From assembly GCA_029289325.1 (NCBI GenBank), contig JARFTV010000002.1, positions 114,507-178,506 on the forward strand: a stretch of 64,000 nucleotides of DNA, given 5' to 3'. Below, piece after piece: positions 55,485-64,000 of this stretch. The notes beneath the pieces were generated by a model, which worked only from the letters and a program-made list of their open reading frames with translations, was not told the DNA's origin and did no database searches. This DNA is from Alphaproteobacteria bacterium (GTDB taxonomy: Bacteria > Pseudomonadota > Alphaproteobacteria > Rhodobacterales > Rhodobacteraceae). Within the stretch, counting starts at the first letter, position 1, and each line of letters opens with the position of its first letter. The translations under genes and the position numbers were made by a program.

Positions 55485-55957
55485 GCGGGCTGTCGCATTT
55501 CGACGAGCGGGGCCAGGCCCATATGGTCGATGTCTCGGCCAAGCCGGTCACCGACCGCGTCGCCGTCGCCGTAGGTGCGGTGCGGATGACGGCCGAGACG
55601 CTGGCGCTGATCACCGAAGGCCGGGCGAAGAAGGGCGACGTCCTGTCGGTCGCGCGCCTGGCGGGGATCATGGCGGCCAAGAAGACCGCGGAGCTGATCC
55701 CGCTTTGCCACCCCCTGCCGATCACCAAGGTCGCGCTGGAGTTGACCGCCGACGCCGCGCTGCCCGGCGTCAGGATCGAGGCCACGGTCAAGACCTCGGG
55801 CCAGACCGGGGTCGAGATGGAGGCGCTGACCGCCGTCTCGGTCGCGGCGCTGACCGTTTACGACATGGTGAAGGCGGTCGAGAAGTCGATGGTGATCGAC
55901 GGGGTGCGGCTGATCCTGAAAGACGGCGGCAAATCAGGACGTTACGAGGCGGAATGA
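55481..55957 (+). CDS. moaC: Cyclic pyranopterin monophosphate synthase accessory protein
   Basis: 158 aa. Contains GAHMVDVS-like, KGDVL..A...GI.AAK and LIPLCHPL motifs. ATGA overlap with trpC. Confidence 0.9.
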   Translation: MSGLSHFDERGQAHMVDVSAKPVTDRVAVAVGAVRMTAETLALITEGRAKKGDVLSVARLAGIMAAKKTAELIPLCHPLPITKVALELTADAALPGVRIEATVKTSGQTGVEMEALTAVSVAALTVYDMVKAVEKSMVIDGVRLILKDGGKSGRYEAE

Positions 55958-57126
55958 TGATCTCGGTCGAAGAGGCGCTGGAGCGTTGTCTCGCCCTTGC
56001 AGCGGCCTTGCCGTCCGAGACCGTGCCCATCGCCCAGGCGTCCGGCCGCTGGATGAGCCTTCCTGCCGTGGCCCGGCGCGACCAGCCGCCCTTTGCGGCC
56101 TCGGCCATGGATGGCTACGCGGTGGTGGGCGACCCGGGGCCGGGGGACAGCTTTGCCGTGATCGGTGAGGCCGGTGCGGGCCATGCCTTCGCCGGCTCGG
56201 TCGGCGAAGGTCAGGCAGTGCGGATCTTCACCGGCGCGCCGGTGCCCGAGGGCGCGACTCGGGTGGTGATCCAGGAGGATGTGACCCGTGACGGCGACCG
56301 GATCACCGTCACCGCGGGCGCGCAGGGCGGGACCAACATCCGCCCCCAGGGCCAGGATTTCCGGGCCGGAGACAATCTGTCGCCCCGCAGGTTGCGGCCG
56401 AATGACCTTGCGCTTCTGGCGGCGATGAACATCCCCACGGTGCAGGCGACGCGCAAGCCGGTGGTGGCGCTGGTCGCCACCGGAGACGAGCTGGTGATGC
56501 CGGGTGAGGATCCGCGTCCCGATCAGATCATCGCCTCGAACGGCTATGCGCTGAAGGCGATGATCGAGGCAGAGGGCGGCGAAGCGCGGCTGCTGCCGAT
56601 CGCCCGCGACACCGAGGCCGAGTTGCTGACCGTGCTGGGCCTTGCAGAAGGCGCGGATCTGGTCGTGACCATCGGCGGGGCCTCGGTCGGGGACCATGAC
56701 CTGGTGGGCAGGGTGGCGGGGCTGGAGCACAGCTTCTGGAAACTGGCCCTGCGGCCGGGCAAGCCGCTGATGGCGGGACGCCTGAACGGGATGCCGATGC
56801 TGGGCCTGCCGGGCAACCCGGTGTCGGCAATCGTCTGCGGGCATCTGTTCCTGCTGCCGATGATCCGAGCGATGCTTGGTGACCCGCAGCCCGCCCCGCG
56901 GCCCCGGCAGGCACGCCTTGCGGTAGACCTGCCGGCGAACGGGTCCCGGGCGCATTACATGCGGGCGCGTCTGGCGCCGGGAGAGGGAGTGCCGGGGATC
57001 GCCCCCTTCGACCGGCAGGATTCGGCGCTGCTGTCGATCCTTGGCGAGGCCGACGCGCTGCTGATCCGCCCCGTCGATGCGCCGCCCTGTCGCGCCGGGG
57101 ACACGGTTCCCTACCTGCCGCTCTGA
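55954..57126 (+). CDS. moeA: Molybdopterin molybdenumtransferase
   Basis: In-frame ATGATG at 55954 overlaps the moaC stop. 390 aa with [13 protein letters not shown] and GGASVGDHD motifs. The first 160 codons of track ORF 55474-57126 are an out-of-frame read-through of moaC. Confidence 0.85.
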   Translation: MMISVEEALERCLALAAALPSETVPIAQASGRWMSLPAVARRDQPPFAASAMDGYAVVGDPGPGDSFAVIGEAGAGHAFAGSVGEGQAVRIFTGAPVPEGATRVVIQEDVTRDGDRITVTAGAQGGTNIRPQGQDFRAGDNLSPRRLRPNDLALLAAMNIPTVQATRKPVVALVATGDELVMPGEDPRPDQIIASNGYALKAMIEAEGGEARLLPIARDTEAELLTVLGLAEGADLVVTIGGASVGDHDLVGRVAGLEHSFWKLALRPGKPLMAGRLNGMPMLGLPGNPVSAIVCGHLFLLPMIRAMLGDPQPAPRPRQARLAVDLPANGSRAHYMRARLAPGEGVPGIAPFDRQDSALLSILGEADALLIRPVDAPPCRAGDTVPYLPL

Positions 57127-57157
57127 CGGTGAGTGGATAATTCTTGACACAAACCGG

Positions 57158-57172
57158 GAACACGGGCAGAAC
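57158..57172. promoter_or_regulatory. Alphaproteobacterial SOS box (LexA operator) GAAC-N7-GAAC
   Basis: GAACACGGGCAGAAC lies 33 nt upstream of the lexA GTG and just downstream of a TTGACA hexamer (57144-57149). It matches the GTTC-N7-GTTC direct-repeat operator described for Rhodobacter and other alphaproteobacteria. Confidence 0.65.
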
Positions 57173-57204
57173 ATTGTGTAAACGCATGATGTGGAGGTTG
57201 CCCC

Positions 57205-57891
57205 GTGCTGACGCGCAAGCAGTTGGAACTTCTCGACTTCATCAAGACCCGGATGGATCGGGACGGGGTGCCGCCCTCTTTTGACGAGATGAAGGACGCG
57301 CTGGACCTGCGCTCGAAGTCGGGGATTCACCGGCTGATCACCGCGCTGGAGGAGCGTGGCTTCATCCGCCGCCTCGCCCACCGGGCCCGCGCGCTGGAGA
57401 TCGTGAAACTGCCCGAGGCGATGGAGAAGGCTGGCTTCAGCCCCCGGGTGATCGAGGGTGACAGGGCCGATACGCCGCGCGGCGCGATTCCGGTGGCGAC
57501 CGTCCATGCGATGGAACTGCCGGTCATGGGCCGCATCGCCGCCGGTGTGCCGATCGAGGCGATCTCGGAAGTCTCGCACCACGTGGCGGTGCCGGGGTCG
57601 ATGCTTTCTGGCAAGGGTCAGCACTATGCCCTTGAGGTCAAAGGCGATTCCATGATCGAAGCCGGGATCAACGATGGCGATATCGTGGTGATCCGCGAAC
57701 AGTCCTCGGCCGAGAATGGCGATATCGTGGTGGCGCTTGTCGAAGATCACGAGGCGACGTTGAAGCGCTACCGTCGTCGGGGCAACATGATCGCGCTGGA
57801 AGCGGCGAACCCGGCCTATGAAACCCGGGTTTTCCCGGACCACCTGGTCAAGGTGCAGGGCCGCCTCGTGGGCTTGATCCGCAGCTACTGA
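57205..57891 (+). CDS. lexA: LexA repressor
   Basis: 228 aa. GTG start with GGAGG 8 nt upstream. [13 protein letters not shown]...[21 protein letters not shown] region. C-terminal S24 peptidase domain (VKGDSM...). Confidence 0.9.
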   Translation: MLTRKQLELLDFIKTRMDRDGVPPSFDEMKDALDLRSKSGIHRLITALEERGFIRRLAHRARALEIVKLPEAMEKAGFSPRVIEGDRADTPRGAIPVATVHAMELPVMGRIAAGVPIEAISEVSHHVAVPGSMLSGKGQHYALEVKGDSMIEAGINDGDIVVIREQSSAENGDIVVALVEDHEATLKRYRRRGNMIALEAANPAYETRVFPDHLVKVQGRLVGLIRSY

Positions 57892-59984
57892 CCGGCAAGC
57901 CGCAGGATCTTTCCCTGCAGGTCGGGCAGGACATATTCTCGCCCAGGGGGTGACCAGAGCCGTTGCTCACCCTTCGTGGGAGAGATGGTTAGCCTGTTAC
58001 CCTTTAGCCCTACGGCGAGCGGTCCAGTGGCCGATAGCGTCTTACGATCTACAAGGACGCAGTGATCCGGCACGGCTTCGGCCTCCTCTGCAAGGATGAC
58101 AAGGCCGGCGGTGGCGCAAACCTCGGTCAGGCGTGTGCCCGCCCCCTTGCCTGACAGCGCCACGGCCTTCACACCCGCCAGATCGAACCAGCGCTCGCCC
58201 TTGGACCCGGTAAATCCTTGCCGCCCGGCCGCCATAGCCTGGCCGACAAGGTCCCCGTCGTTCTGTAGCCAGTTCTCGGCCGCAAAGCCGCCGCCCTTCG
58301 CGGCCGACAGCGCCCGACCCTCCGGACCGTCCAGCCCGACAAGCCGCCCGTCCCCGGAGACGAGCAGCAAGGGCCTTTCCGTCGTCACCCAGAGCGCGAT
58401 GGATGCCAGCACCGGCAGGATGCCCACCGCCTGCACCCTGCCCCGCCAGAGGATCAGCCAGACGGCACCAAGGGTGAAAAGCGGCAGCACCAGCGGCCCC
58501 GGTGCCGGGATGGCGGTCACCGCCCCGTCCAGCCCGGCGATCCAGTGCGCAACGAAGAGGATCCAGCGCGCGCCCTGCTCCATCACCCAAAGCGGCAGCC
58601 CGGCGAGGCCAAGCGGAGCCAGCAACGCCGCCACGGCCCCGGCGGGCATGATGATCGCCCCCATCGCCGGGACCGTCAGCAGGTTGCCGAGAAGCCCGTA
58701 ATCGGTGAAGCGGTTGAAATGGGCCGCCGCATAAGGTGCCGTCGAAAGCCCGCCGATCAACGAGGACAACACCAGTGTGAAGACCGGCATCAGCCAGCGC
58801 GGCACACGCTCACGATAGATGCTGCCGTCGAGGGCCCCGAAGCCGACGATGAGCCCGATGGTGGCGGCGAAGGACATCTGGAACCCCGGCTCCAGCAGGC
58901 TTTCCGGCTTTGCCAGCAGAAGTATCGTCGCGGCCAGAGCCACCGAGCGCAACGTCAGCGACCGGCGGTCAAGGAGCACGGCACCCAGCATCACCGCGAT
59001 CATGATGAAGGCCCGCTCGGTCGCCACATTCGCGCCGGAGAGGAGAAGGTAGAAAAGCGCGACGCCAAGGCTGACGACGGCGGCGATCTTCTTGGTGTTC
59101 ACCCGCAGCGCGACATAGGGGACAAGAGCCAGGCCATAGCGGAAGAGCGCGAAGACAAAGCCGGTCAGGAAGGCCATGTTCATCCCCGAGATCGCCAGAA
59201 GATGCGCCAGCGCGCTGTCGCGAAGCGCCTGCACCGTCTCTTCGGTGATGGCCGAGCGGTCCCCGGTCATCGCCCCCGCCGCGAAGGCGCCGGCCTGCCC
59301 CTCCATCCGCGCGAGCATTCCCTGCGCAAGCCATCGTCGCAGCCAGTCGATCGGCAGCGCGCCGCCTGAGGGCTCCTCAAGCAGCAGGACCGGCGTCCGG
59401 GTATAGCCGACAGCGCCGAGCTGGTCGAAATAGGCCATGCGGCGAAAGTCGAAGGCGCCGGGTTCGACCGGACCATCGGGGGCGGCAAGGTTCGCGGTCA
59501 GGATCACGATCTGGCCGGGCGTCGGCGCAAGCCAGGGATGGTCGCCCTGCAACGAGACACGGACGCGGACTGGGGTCCTTTCCGGTGCAACCTCCTGCAG
59601 GACGACATGGTCAAGCGTCAGACGCAGGGCGTCGGATTGCGAACGATCGATCTCGACGATGCGCCCCTCAACCGGGCCATAGTAGCGAAAGCCGAGCATC
59701 GGAGCGTCCAGCGAATGGGCGCGCAGGCCCGCCGCGATCCAGCCCGATGCAAGAGCCGCGACCGCAACTGCCAGCGGGCGCGCCAGTTCGACCTTCGTGG
59801 CAAGGACCAGCCCGGTGACAAGAAGCACCCCAGCCAGGGCATAGCTTGCGGCCCCCGGCTCCACCCGGACTGAAAACCAGGCGCCGATCCCGCAACCGAT
59901 CAGCACGGCGATCCAGGGGAAGAGCATCCCCCGGGCGGATTGCAGCGCCTTCAGCGGAGCAAGCAGGACCCGCGCCACGGCCAC
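57885..59984 (-). CDS. comEC: ComEC/Rec2-family DNA internalisation channel protein
   Basis: 699 aa. N-terminal TM segments plus an OB-like region, and a polytopic competence domain ([14 protein letters not shown]). GTG start at 59984 (alternative ATG at 59927). The 3' end overlaps the lexA 3' end by 7 nt. Confidence 0.85.
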   Translation of the reverse strand: MAVARVLLAPLKALQSARGMLFPWIAVLIGCGIGAWFSVRVEPGAASYALAGVLLVTGLVLATKVELARPLAVAVAALASGWIAAGLRAHSLDAPMLGFRYYGPVEGRIVEIDRSQSDALRLTLDHVVLQEVAPERTPVRVRVSLQGDHPWLAPTPGQIVILTANLAAPDGPVEPGAFDFRRMAYFDQLGAVGYTRTPVLLLEEPSGGALPIDWLRRWLAQGMLARMEGQAGAFAAGAMTGDRSAITEETVQALRDSALAHLLAISGMNMAFLTGFVFALFRYGLALVPYVALRVNTKKIAAVVSLGVALFYLLLSGANVATERAFIMIAVMLGAVLLDRRSLTLRSVALAATILLLAKPESLLEPGFQMSFAATIGLIVGFGALDGSIYRERVPRWLMPVFTLVLSSLIGGLSTAPYAAAHFNRFTDYGLLGNLLTVPAMGAIIMPAGAVAALLAPLGLAGLPLWVMEQGARWILFVAHWIAGLDGAVTAIPAPGPLVLPLFTLGAVWLILWRGRVQAVGILPVLASIALWVTTERPLLLVSGDGRLVGLDGPEGRALSAAKGGGFAAENWLQNDGDLVGQAMAAGRQGFTGSKGERWFDLAGVKAVALSGKGAGTRLTEVCATAGLVILAEEAEAVPDHCVLVDRKTLSATGPLAVGLKGNRLTISPTKGEQRLWSPPGREYVLPDLQGKILRLAGQ

Positions 59985-60060
59985 CTTGTTTCCTACCCCG
60001 CGATTGCCTAAACCCGCGAAGATCCTATGCCGCCCCTGGTTTCCGAAAGGTTAACGCCCG

Positions 60061-61461
60061 ATGTCCGAGCAAGTCGTCACCCGTTTCGCGCCCTCGCCCA
60101 CCGGGTATCTGCATATCGGCGGCGGGCGGACGGCGCTTTTCAACTGGCTTTACGCCCGGGGGCGCGGCGGCAAGTTCCTCCTTCGGATCGAGGATACCGA
60201 CCGTGAACGCTCAACCCCCGAGGCGACGGCGGCGATCCTGCGGGGACTTGCCTGGCTTGGCCTCGACTGGGACGGCGATGTCGTCAGCCAGTTCGAACGC
60301 CGGGACCGCCATGCCGAGGTCGCGCATGAGATGCTTGCGCGAGGAACGGCGTACAAGTGCTTCTCGACGCAGGAAGAAATCGCCGCCTTTCGCGCGGCGG
60401 AAGAGGCAGCGGGGCGGTATCCTGTGTTCCTGTCGCCGTGGCGCGATGCCGATCCGTCGACCCATCCCGACGCGCCTTACGTGATCCGCATGAAGGCCCC
60501 GCGCAGCGGCGAGACGATCATCGAGGACAAGGTGCAGGGTCGGGTCGTCGTCCGGAACGAGACGCTGGACGACATGATCGTCCTGCGCTCGGACGGGACG
60601 CCGGTCTACATGCTGGCCGTGGTCGTGGACGATCATGACATGGGGGTGACCCATGTGATCCGGGGCGACGACCACCTGAACAATGCCGCGCGGCAGCAGA
60701 TGGTCTATGACGCGATGGGCTGGCAGGTGCCGGTCTGGGCGCATATCCCGCTGATCCACGGGCCGGATGGCAAGAAGCTGTCGAAGCGGCACGGCGCAAC
60801 GGGGGTCGAGGAATACCAGGCGATGGGCTATCCGGCCGCTGGGATGCGCAACTACCTGACGCGGCTCGGCTGGGCGAAGGGGGATGCCGAGGTTTTCACC
60901 AGCGAAGAAGCGATGCGCATGTTCGACCTTGCGGGAATCGGTCGGGCACCGGCGCGGTTGGACTTCAAGAAGCTGGAGAACACCTGCGGCCATCACATGG
61001 CGATGGCCGAGGATGCCGCGCTGCTGCATGAACTGGAGGCCTATCTGGCCTCGGCCGGGCGTCCGGAGCTGACCGCCATCCAGCGTGCGCGGATGCAGAG
61101 CGCCCTGTGCTTCCTGAAGAAATCCGCGAAGACTTTCCCGGAACTCATGGAAAAGGCGGCGTTTCTGCTGATCGAGCGCCCCGTCGCGCCGGATGCCAAG
61201 GCGGCCGAGGCGCTGGATTCGGTATCCCGTGGTATACTGAAATCATTGACGCCGCGCCTGCAAAATGCTAGCTGGACCAAGGACGCGCTTGAGCCCATCC
61301 TGACCGAGATCGCCGCGGCAAACGGCATCGGCTTTGGCAAGCTCGCCGCGCCCCTGCGCGCAGCACTTGCTGGCCGCAGCGTTACACCTTCCGTTTACGA
61401 CATGATGCTAACCATCGGTCGGGACGAAACCGTCGCAAGGCTGTCGGACGCCGCCCAATAG
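60061..61461 (+). CDS. gltX: Glutamate--tRNA ligase
   Basis: 466 aa. [14 protein letters not shown] (HIGH motif) and KLSKR (KMSKS motif). Confidence 0.9.
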   Translation: MSEQVVTRFAPSPTGYLHIGGGRTALFNWLYARGRGGKFLLRIEDTDRERSTPEATAAILRGLAWLGLDWDGDVVSQFERRDRHAEVAHEMLARGTAYKCFSTQEEIAAFRAAEEAAGRYPVFLSPWRDADPSTHPDAPYVIRMKAPRSGETIIEDKVQGRVVVRNETLDDMIVLRSDGTPVYMLAVVVDDHDMGVTHVIRGDDHLNNAARQQMVYDAMGWQVPVWAHIPLIHGPDGKKLSKRHGATGVEEYQAMGYPAAGMRNYLTRLGWAKGDAEVFTSEEAMRMFDLAGIGRAPARLDFKKLENTCGHHMAMAEDAALLHELEAYLASAGRPELTAIQRARMQSALCFLKKSAKTFPELMEKAAFLLIERPVAPDAKAAEALDSVSRGILKSLTPRLQNASWTKDALEPILTEIAAANGIGFGKLAAPLRAALAGRSVTPSVYDMMLTIGRDETVARLSDAAQ

Positions 61462-61554
61462 CGGCCTGCCCCGGCCTTGCAGCTGCCCCCGCCGGGGTGC
61501 AGGATAGCCAATGGCCGCCCCTGCCAGGAGCGACCGCCATGACCGGGGAGAACC

Positions 61555-62844
61555 ATGTCGGACAAAGTCGCGAAGCTTGAACTGGACGGTAAGACCTACG
61601 ATCTTCCGGTCCACAAACCAACAATCGGCCCCGATGTTCTGGACATTCGCAGGCTTTATGGCGAGGCGGATGTATTCACCTTCGACCCGGGCTTCACCTC
61701 GACTGCTGCTTGCGAAAGCGCGATCACCTATATCGACGGCGATCTGGGTGAGCTTCTGTATCGCGGCTATCCGATCGAGCAGTTGGCCGAGAGATCGACG
61801 CATCTCGAGGTCTGCTATCTTCTCCTTTACGGAGAGCTGCCCACCGCCGCGCAGCTGGCCGACTTCACCCAGCGGGTGACGCGCCACACGATGGTGCATG
61901 AACAGATGCACTATTTCTTCCGCGGCTTCCGGCGCGACGCACATCCGATGGCGACGATGGTTGGCGTGGTTGGCGCGATGGCGGCCTTCTACCACGACTC
62001 GACAGACATCGCCGATCCGTGGCAGCGCGAGGTTGCCGCGATCCGGATGATCGCGAAGCTGCCGACCATCGCCGCGATGGCCTACAAGTATTCGGTCGGT
62101 CAGCCCTTCGTCTATCCGAAGAACGCGCTGAGCTATGCGGGCAACTTCCTGCAGATGTGCTTTGCCGTCCCGGCCGAGGATTATGTGGTCAACCCGATCC
62201 TGGAAAAGGCGATGGACCGCATCATGATGCTCCACGCCGACCATGAGCAGAACGCGTCGACCTCGACGGTGCGGCTGGCTGGGTCTTCGGGTGCGAACCC
62301 GTTTGCCTGCATCGCGGCAGGTATCGCCTGCCTCTGGGGTCCAGCGCATGGCGGGGCGAACCAAGCCTGCCTGGAAATGCTCAAGGAGATCGGCACCGTC
62401 GACCGGATCCCGGAATACATCGCCAAGGCGAAGGACAAGAATTCCGGCTTCCGCCTGATGGGCTTCGGCCACCGGGTCTACAAGAATTTCGACCCGCGCG
62501 CCAAGGTGATGAAGGAATCGGCCGACGAGGTGCTGGGGCTGCTCGGGATCGAGAACAACCCCCTCCTCCAGGTTGCCAAGGAACTGGAGCGGATCGCGCT
62601 GGAGGACGAGTATTTCGTCTCGAAGAAGCTGTATCCGAACGTCGATTTCTATTCGGGCATCATTCTTGAGGCGATGGGTTTCCCGACCTCGATGTTCACG
62701 CCGATCTTCGCGATCTCGCGGACCGTGGGCTGGATCAGCCAGTGGAAAGAGATGATCGCCGACAAGAACCAGAAGATCGGCCGTCCGCGGCAGCTGTATA
62801 TCGGACCGCAGAAGCGCGATTACATCGATCTGCGCCATCGCTGA
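61555..62844 (+). CDS. gltA: Citrate synthase (type II)
   Basis: 429 aa. [23 protein letters not shown] and [13 protein letters not shown] motifs. Confidence 0.9.
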   Translation: MSDKVAKLELDGKTYDLPVHKPTIGPDVLDIRRLYGEADVFTFDPGFTSTAACESAITYIDGDLGELLYRGYPIEQLAERSTHLEVCYLLLYGELPTAAQLADFTQRVTRHTMVHEQMHYFFRGFRRDAHPMATMVGVVGAMAAFYHDSTDIADPWQREVAAIRMIAKLPTIAAMAYKYSVGQPFVYPKNALSYAGNFLQMCFAVPAEDYVVNPILEKAMDRIMMLHADHEQNASTSTVRLAGSSGANPFACIAAGIACLWGPAHGGANQACLEMLKEIGTVDRIPEYIAKAKDKNSGFRLMGFGHRVYKNFDPRAKVMKESADEVLGLLGIENNPLLQVAKELERIALEDEYFVSKKLYPNVDFYSGIILEAMGFPTSMFTPIFAISRTVGWISQWKEMIADKNQKIGRPRQLYIGPQKRDYIDLRHR

Positions 62845-62851
62845 TCGACGC

Positions 62852-62884
62852 GGGCCGGACTTCGAAAGAACTCCGGCCCGTTTT
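62852..62884 (+). terminator. Rho-independent terminator of gltA
   Basis: GGGCCGGA-cTTC-GAAA-GAAc-TCCGGCCC stem-loop followed by GTTTTCC. Begins 8 nt after the gltA stop. Confidence 0.65.
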
Positions 62885-62898
62885 CCGTAGGAGATCGG

Positions 62899-63885
62899 TC
62901 ACTCTGCCGGCAACTCATTGGGCCAGCGGCTGGCAGCGCCTTGGACGGCCGTCGGATGCAATCGCTCTGACCTGTCGCGTCCGATGACCCTTCGCCTGCG
63001 CCAGAGGAATGCCTTGCCCCAGCTGCGCCAGGTGCCGACCATCGGCGCGGTGACATCGCTGGGAAAGCGCGCGCGCCAATCCGCGGGCAGGGCCAGACCC
63101 AGCGCTTCGGCCCGCTCTACCATCCAGACCAGCGTGATATTGGACAGGGCCCGCGCCGGTTCAAACCCGCCGATTTGCCCACCGATGTCGCCATGCGCAC
63201 CACGGAACCAGACCTGCTCGACATTGCCCTCCCACCCCGGCGGGCATTCCCACAGGACGGGCTCGAAAGCCATGCGGGTCTCATCCAGTGCCAGCGCATG
63301 AAAGCCGTGCCGGATCGACGCGCCAAGGTGGTGGCTGTGGAAGGCGTGACGGTCCTCGGAGAGCATCCAGAGGAGCGGCAGCCGCAGCCCCAGCGCCTTG
63401 ACCGTGTCCCAGACCCCAACCATTTCGATCGGAGCTTCCAGATGGCAGAAGCGGCGGGAAAAGGCCTGGGCCGCAGGTCCGTGCGGCGCACGTTCATAGT
63501 GCCGCCAGGCCAAGGTCACCGCGCGTTCCGTCGCATGTTCCCGCCGTAACAGGCCCACCCGGTCGATCACCCCGGCCAACGAGCGCACGGCATAAGCGCC
63601 CCGCGAGTATCCGAAGAGGAAGATCCGGTCGCCCGCGCGATATCCCGAGGCGAGCCAGCCGTAGGCCCGGCGGATCTGCGGCGAGACACCCCGGCCCTCG
63701 ATCAGCGAAAGGCCGCGCAGCCAGCCTTCCCATTGCATGCCGGGTTCATAATACAGTCGGCGGTTGGCGTGGACCCCGGTTTCGCGCAGAAGTTCGAACA
63801 GCAGACCCGCATTTCCGATATGCCCCGGCTCCAGACTGGAGAGCGTGCCGTCCAGGATCACCACATGGTCGACACGTCCCCGCAC
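62899..63885 (-). CDS. DUF2235-domain alpha/beta hydrolase (Tle1-like lipase fold), N-terminus possibly beyond the annotated start
   Basis: 328 aa from the GTG at 63885. VVILDGT...FLFGYSRGAYAVRSLAG (GxSxG)...VGVWDTV...WFRGAHGDIGGQ are the DUF2235 blocks. The same frame stays open to position 64000 with no ATG/GTG/TTG, so the gene may start outside the window. Confidence 0.7.
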   Translation of the reverse strand: MRGRVDHVVILDGTLSSLEPGHIGNAGLLFELLRETGVHANRRLYYEPGMQWEGWLRGLSLIEGRGVSPQIRRAYGWLASGYRAGDRIFLFGYSRGAYAVRSLAGVIDRVGLLRREHATERAVTLAWRHYERAPHGPAAQAFSRRFCHLEAPIEMVGVWDTVKALGLRLPLLWMLSEDRHAFHSHHLGASIRHGFHALALDETRMAFEPVLWECPPGWEGNVEQVWFRGAHGDIGGQIGGFEPARALSNITLVWMVERAEALGLALPADWRARFPSDVTAPMVGTWRSWGKAFLWRRRRVIGRDRSERLHPTAVQGAASRWPNELPAE

Positions 63886-64000
63886 CCGCCCCGGTTCGGG
63901 CGCCGGAGCCGGTTCCGCCGTGACCTCGGGGGCGCGGCGGAAGAAGCTGCGAAGGCGGTCAAACAGGCGCGTGGCGGGCCTCCTCGATCCAGGTCCAGAT

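Noticed and set aside
55400-55490. Moco riboswitch upstream of moaC
   Set aside because: moaC starts inside the end of trpC (ATGA overlap), so there is no untranslated region to hold a riboswitch.
51142-57843. Three long minus-strand ORFs (51142-53598, 53541-55373, 55942-57843; 610-818 aa)
   Set aside because: They are antisense to manC-like, trpG, trpD, trpC, moeA and lexA, all of which have strong motif support on the plus strand. The translations are Arg/Gly/Asp-rich with no domain signature.
62899-64000. Calling the DUF2235 gene a type VI secretion effector locus or a defence system
   Set aside because: No T6SS structural, VgrG/PAAR, chaperone or immunity genes occur in the window, and the domain alone is not sufficient. 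It is reported only as an orphan hydrolase worth checking.

Overview
Very GC-rich window (third codon positions almost all G/C). It looks like a chromosomal segment of an alphaproteobacterium, probably Rhodobacterales-like. This placement is an inference from the GAAC-N7-GAAC SOS box upstream of lexA, the trpGDC-moaC-moeA / lexA / comEC / gltX / gltA synteny, the two-CSD cold-shock protein and the number of TRAP transporters. I support about 57 protein genes, one tRNA-Pro(UGG), one pseudogene and a few regulatory or terminator elements. Content by position: (i) 57-7265, an aromatic-type cluster: IclR, intradiol dioxygenase, citryl-CoA-lyase-like protein, family III CoA-transferase, TRAP transporter, FMN reductase. 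(ii) 7300-13867, galM, ytfQRT-yjfF-like sugar ABC transporter and a GntR regulator. (iii) 13948-21880, a glycerol-type divergon: DeoR regulator plus TRAP transporter, facing two flavoproteins and an FGGY kinase. (iv) 21877-32313, a hexuronate / unsaturated-uronate locus (uxuAB, kduDI, kdgF, TRAP, uxaC, GntR, kdgK). (v) 32310-36073, glgC-glgX plus a DUF2383-like gene. (vi) The rest is housekeeping: trpE, ppiD, gpt, fabI, pdxH, csp, selO, kbl-tdh, trpGDC-moaC-moeA, lexA, comEC, gltX, gltA. I saw no IS, transposase or integrase, no CRISPR, no rRNA, and no recognisable restriction, toxin-antitoxin or phage-defence genes. Many very long ORFs in the track are antisense or out-of-frame artefacts of the high GC content. 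The most unusual items are the dioxygenase/CoA cluster that lacks the canonical lower-pathway genes, a manC-type gene broken by a single in-frame TAA, a membrane-anchored deacetylase-like protein with a roughly 300-aa Pro/Glu/Ala spacer, the TRAP-linked two-flavoprotein glycerol-type locus, a ComEC without a metallo-beta-lactamase motif that overlaps lexA tail-to-tail, and an orphan DUF2235 (Tle1-like) hydrolase at the window edge. None of these is proven novel. All family assignments come from reading the translations by eye, with no searches run.
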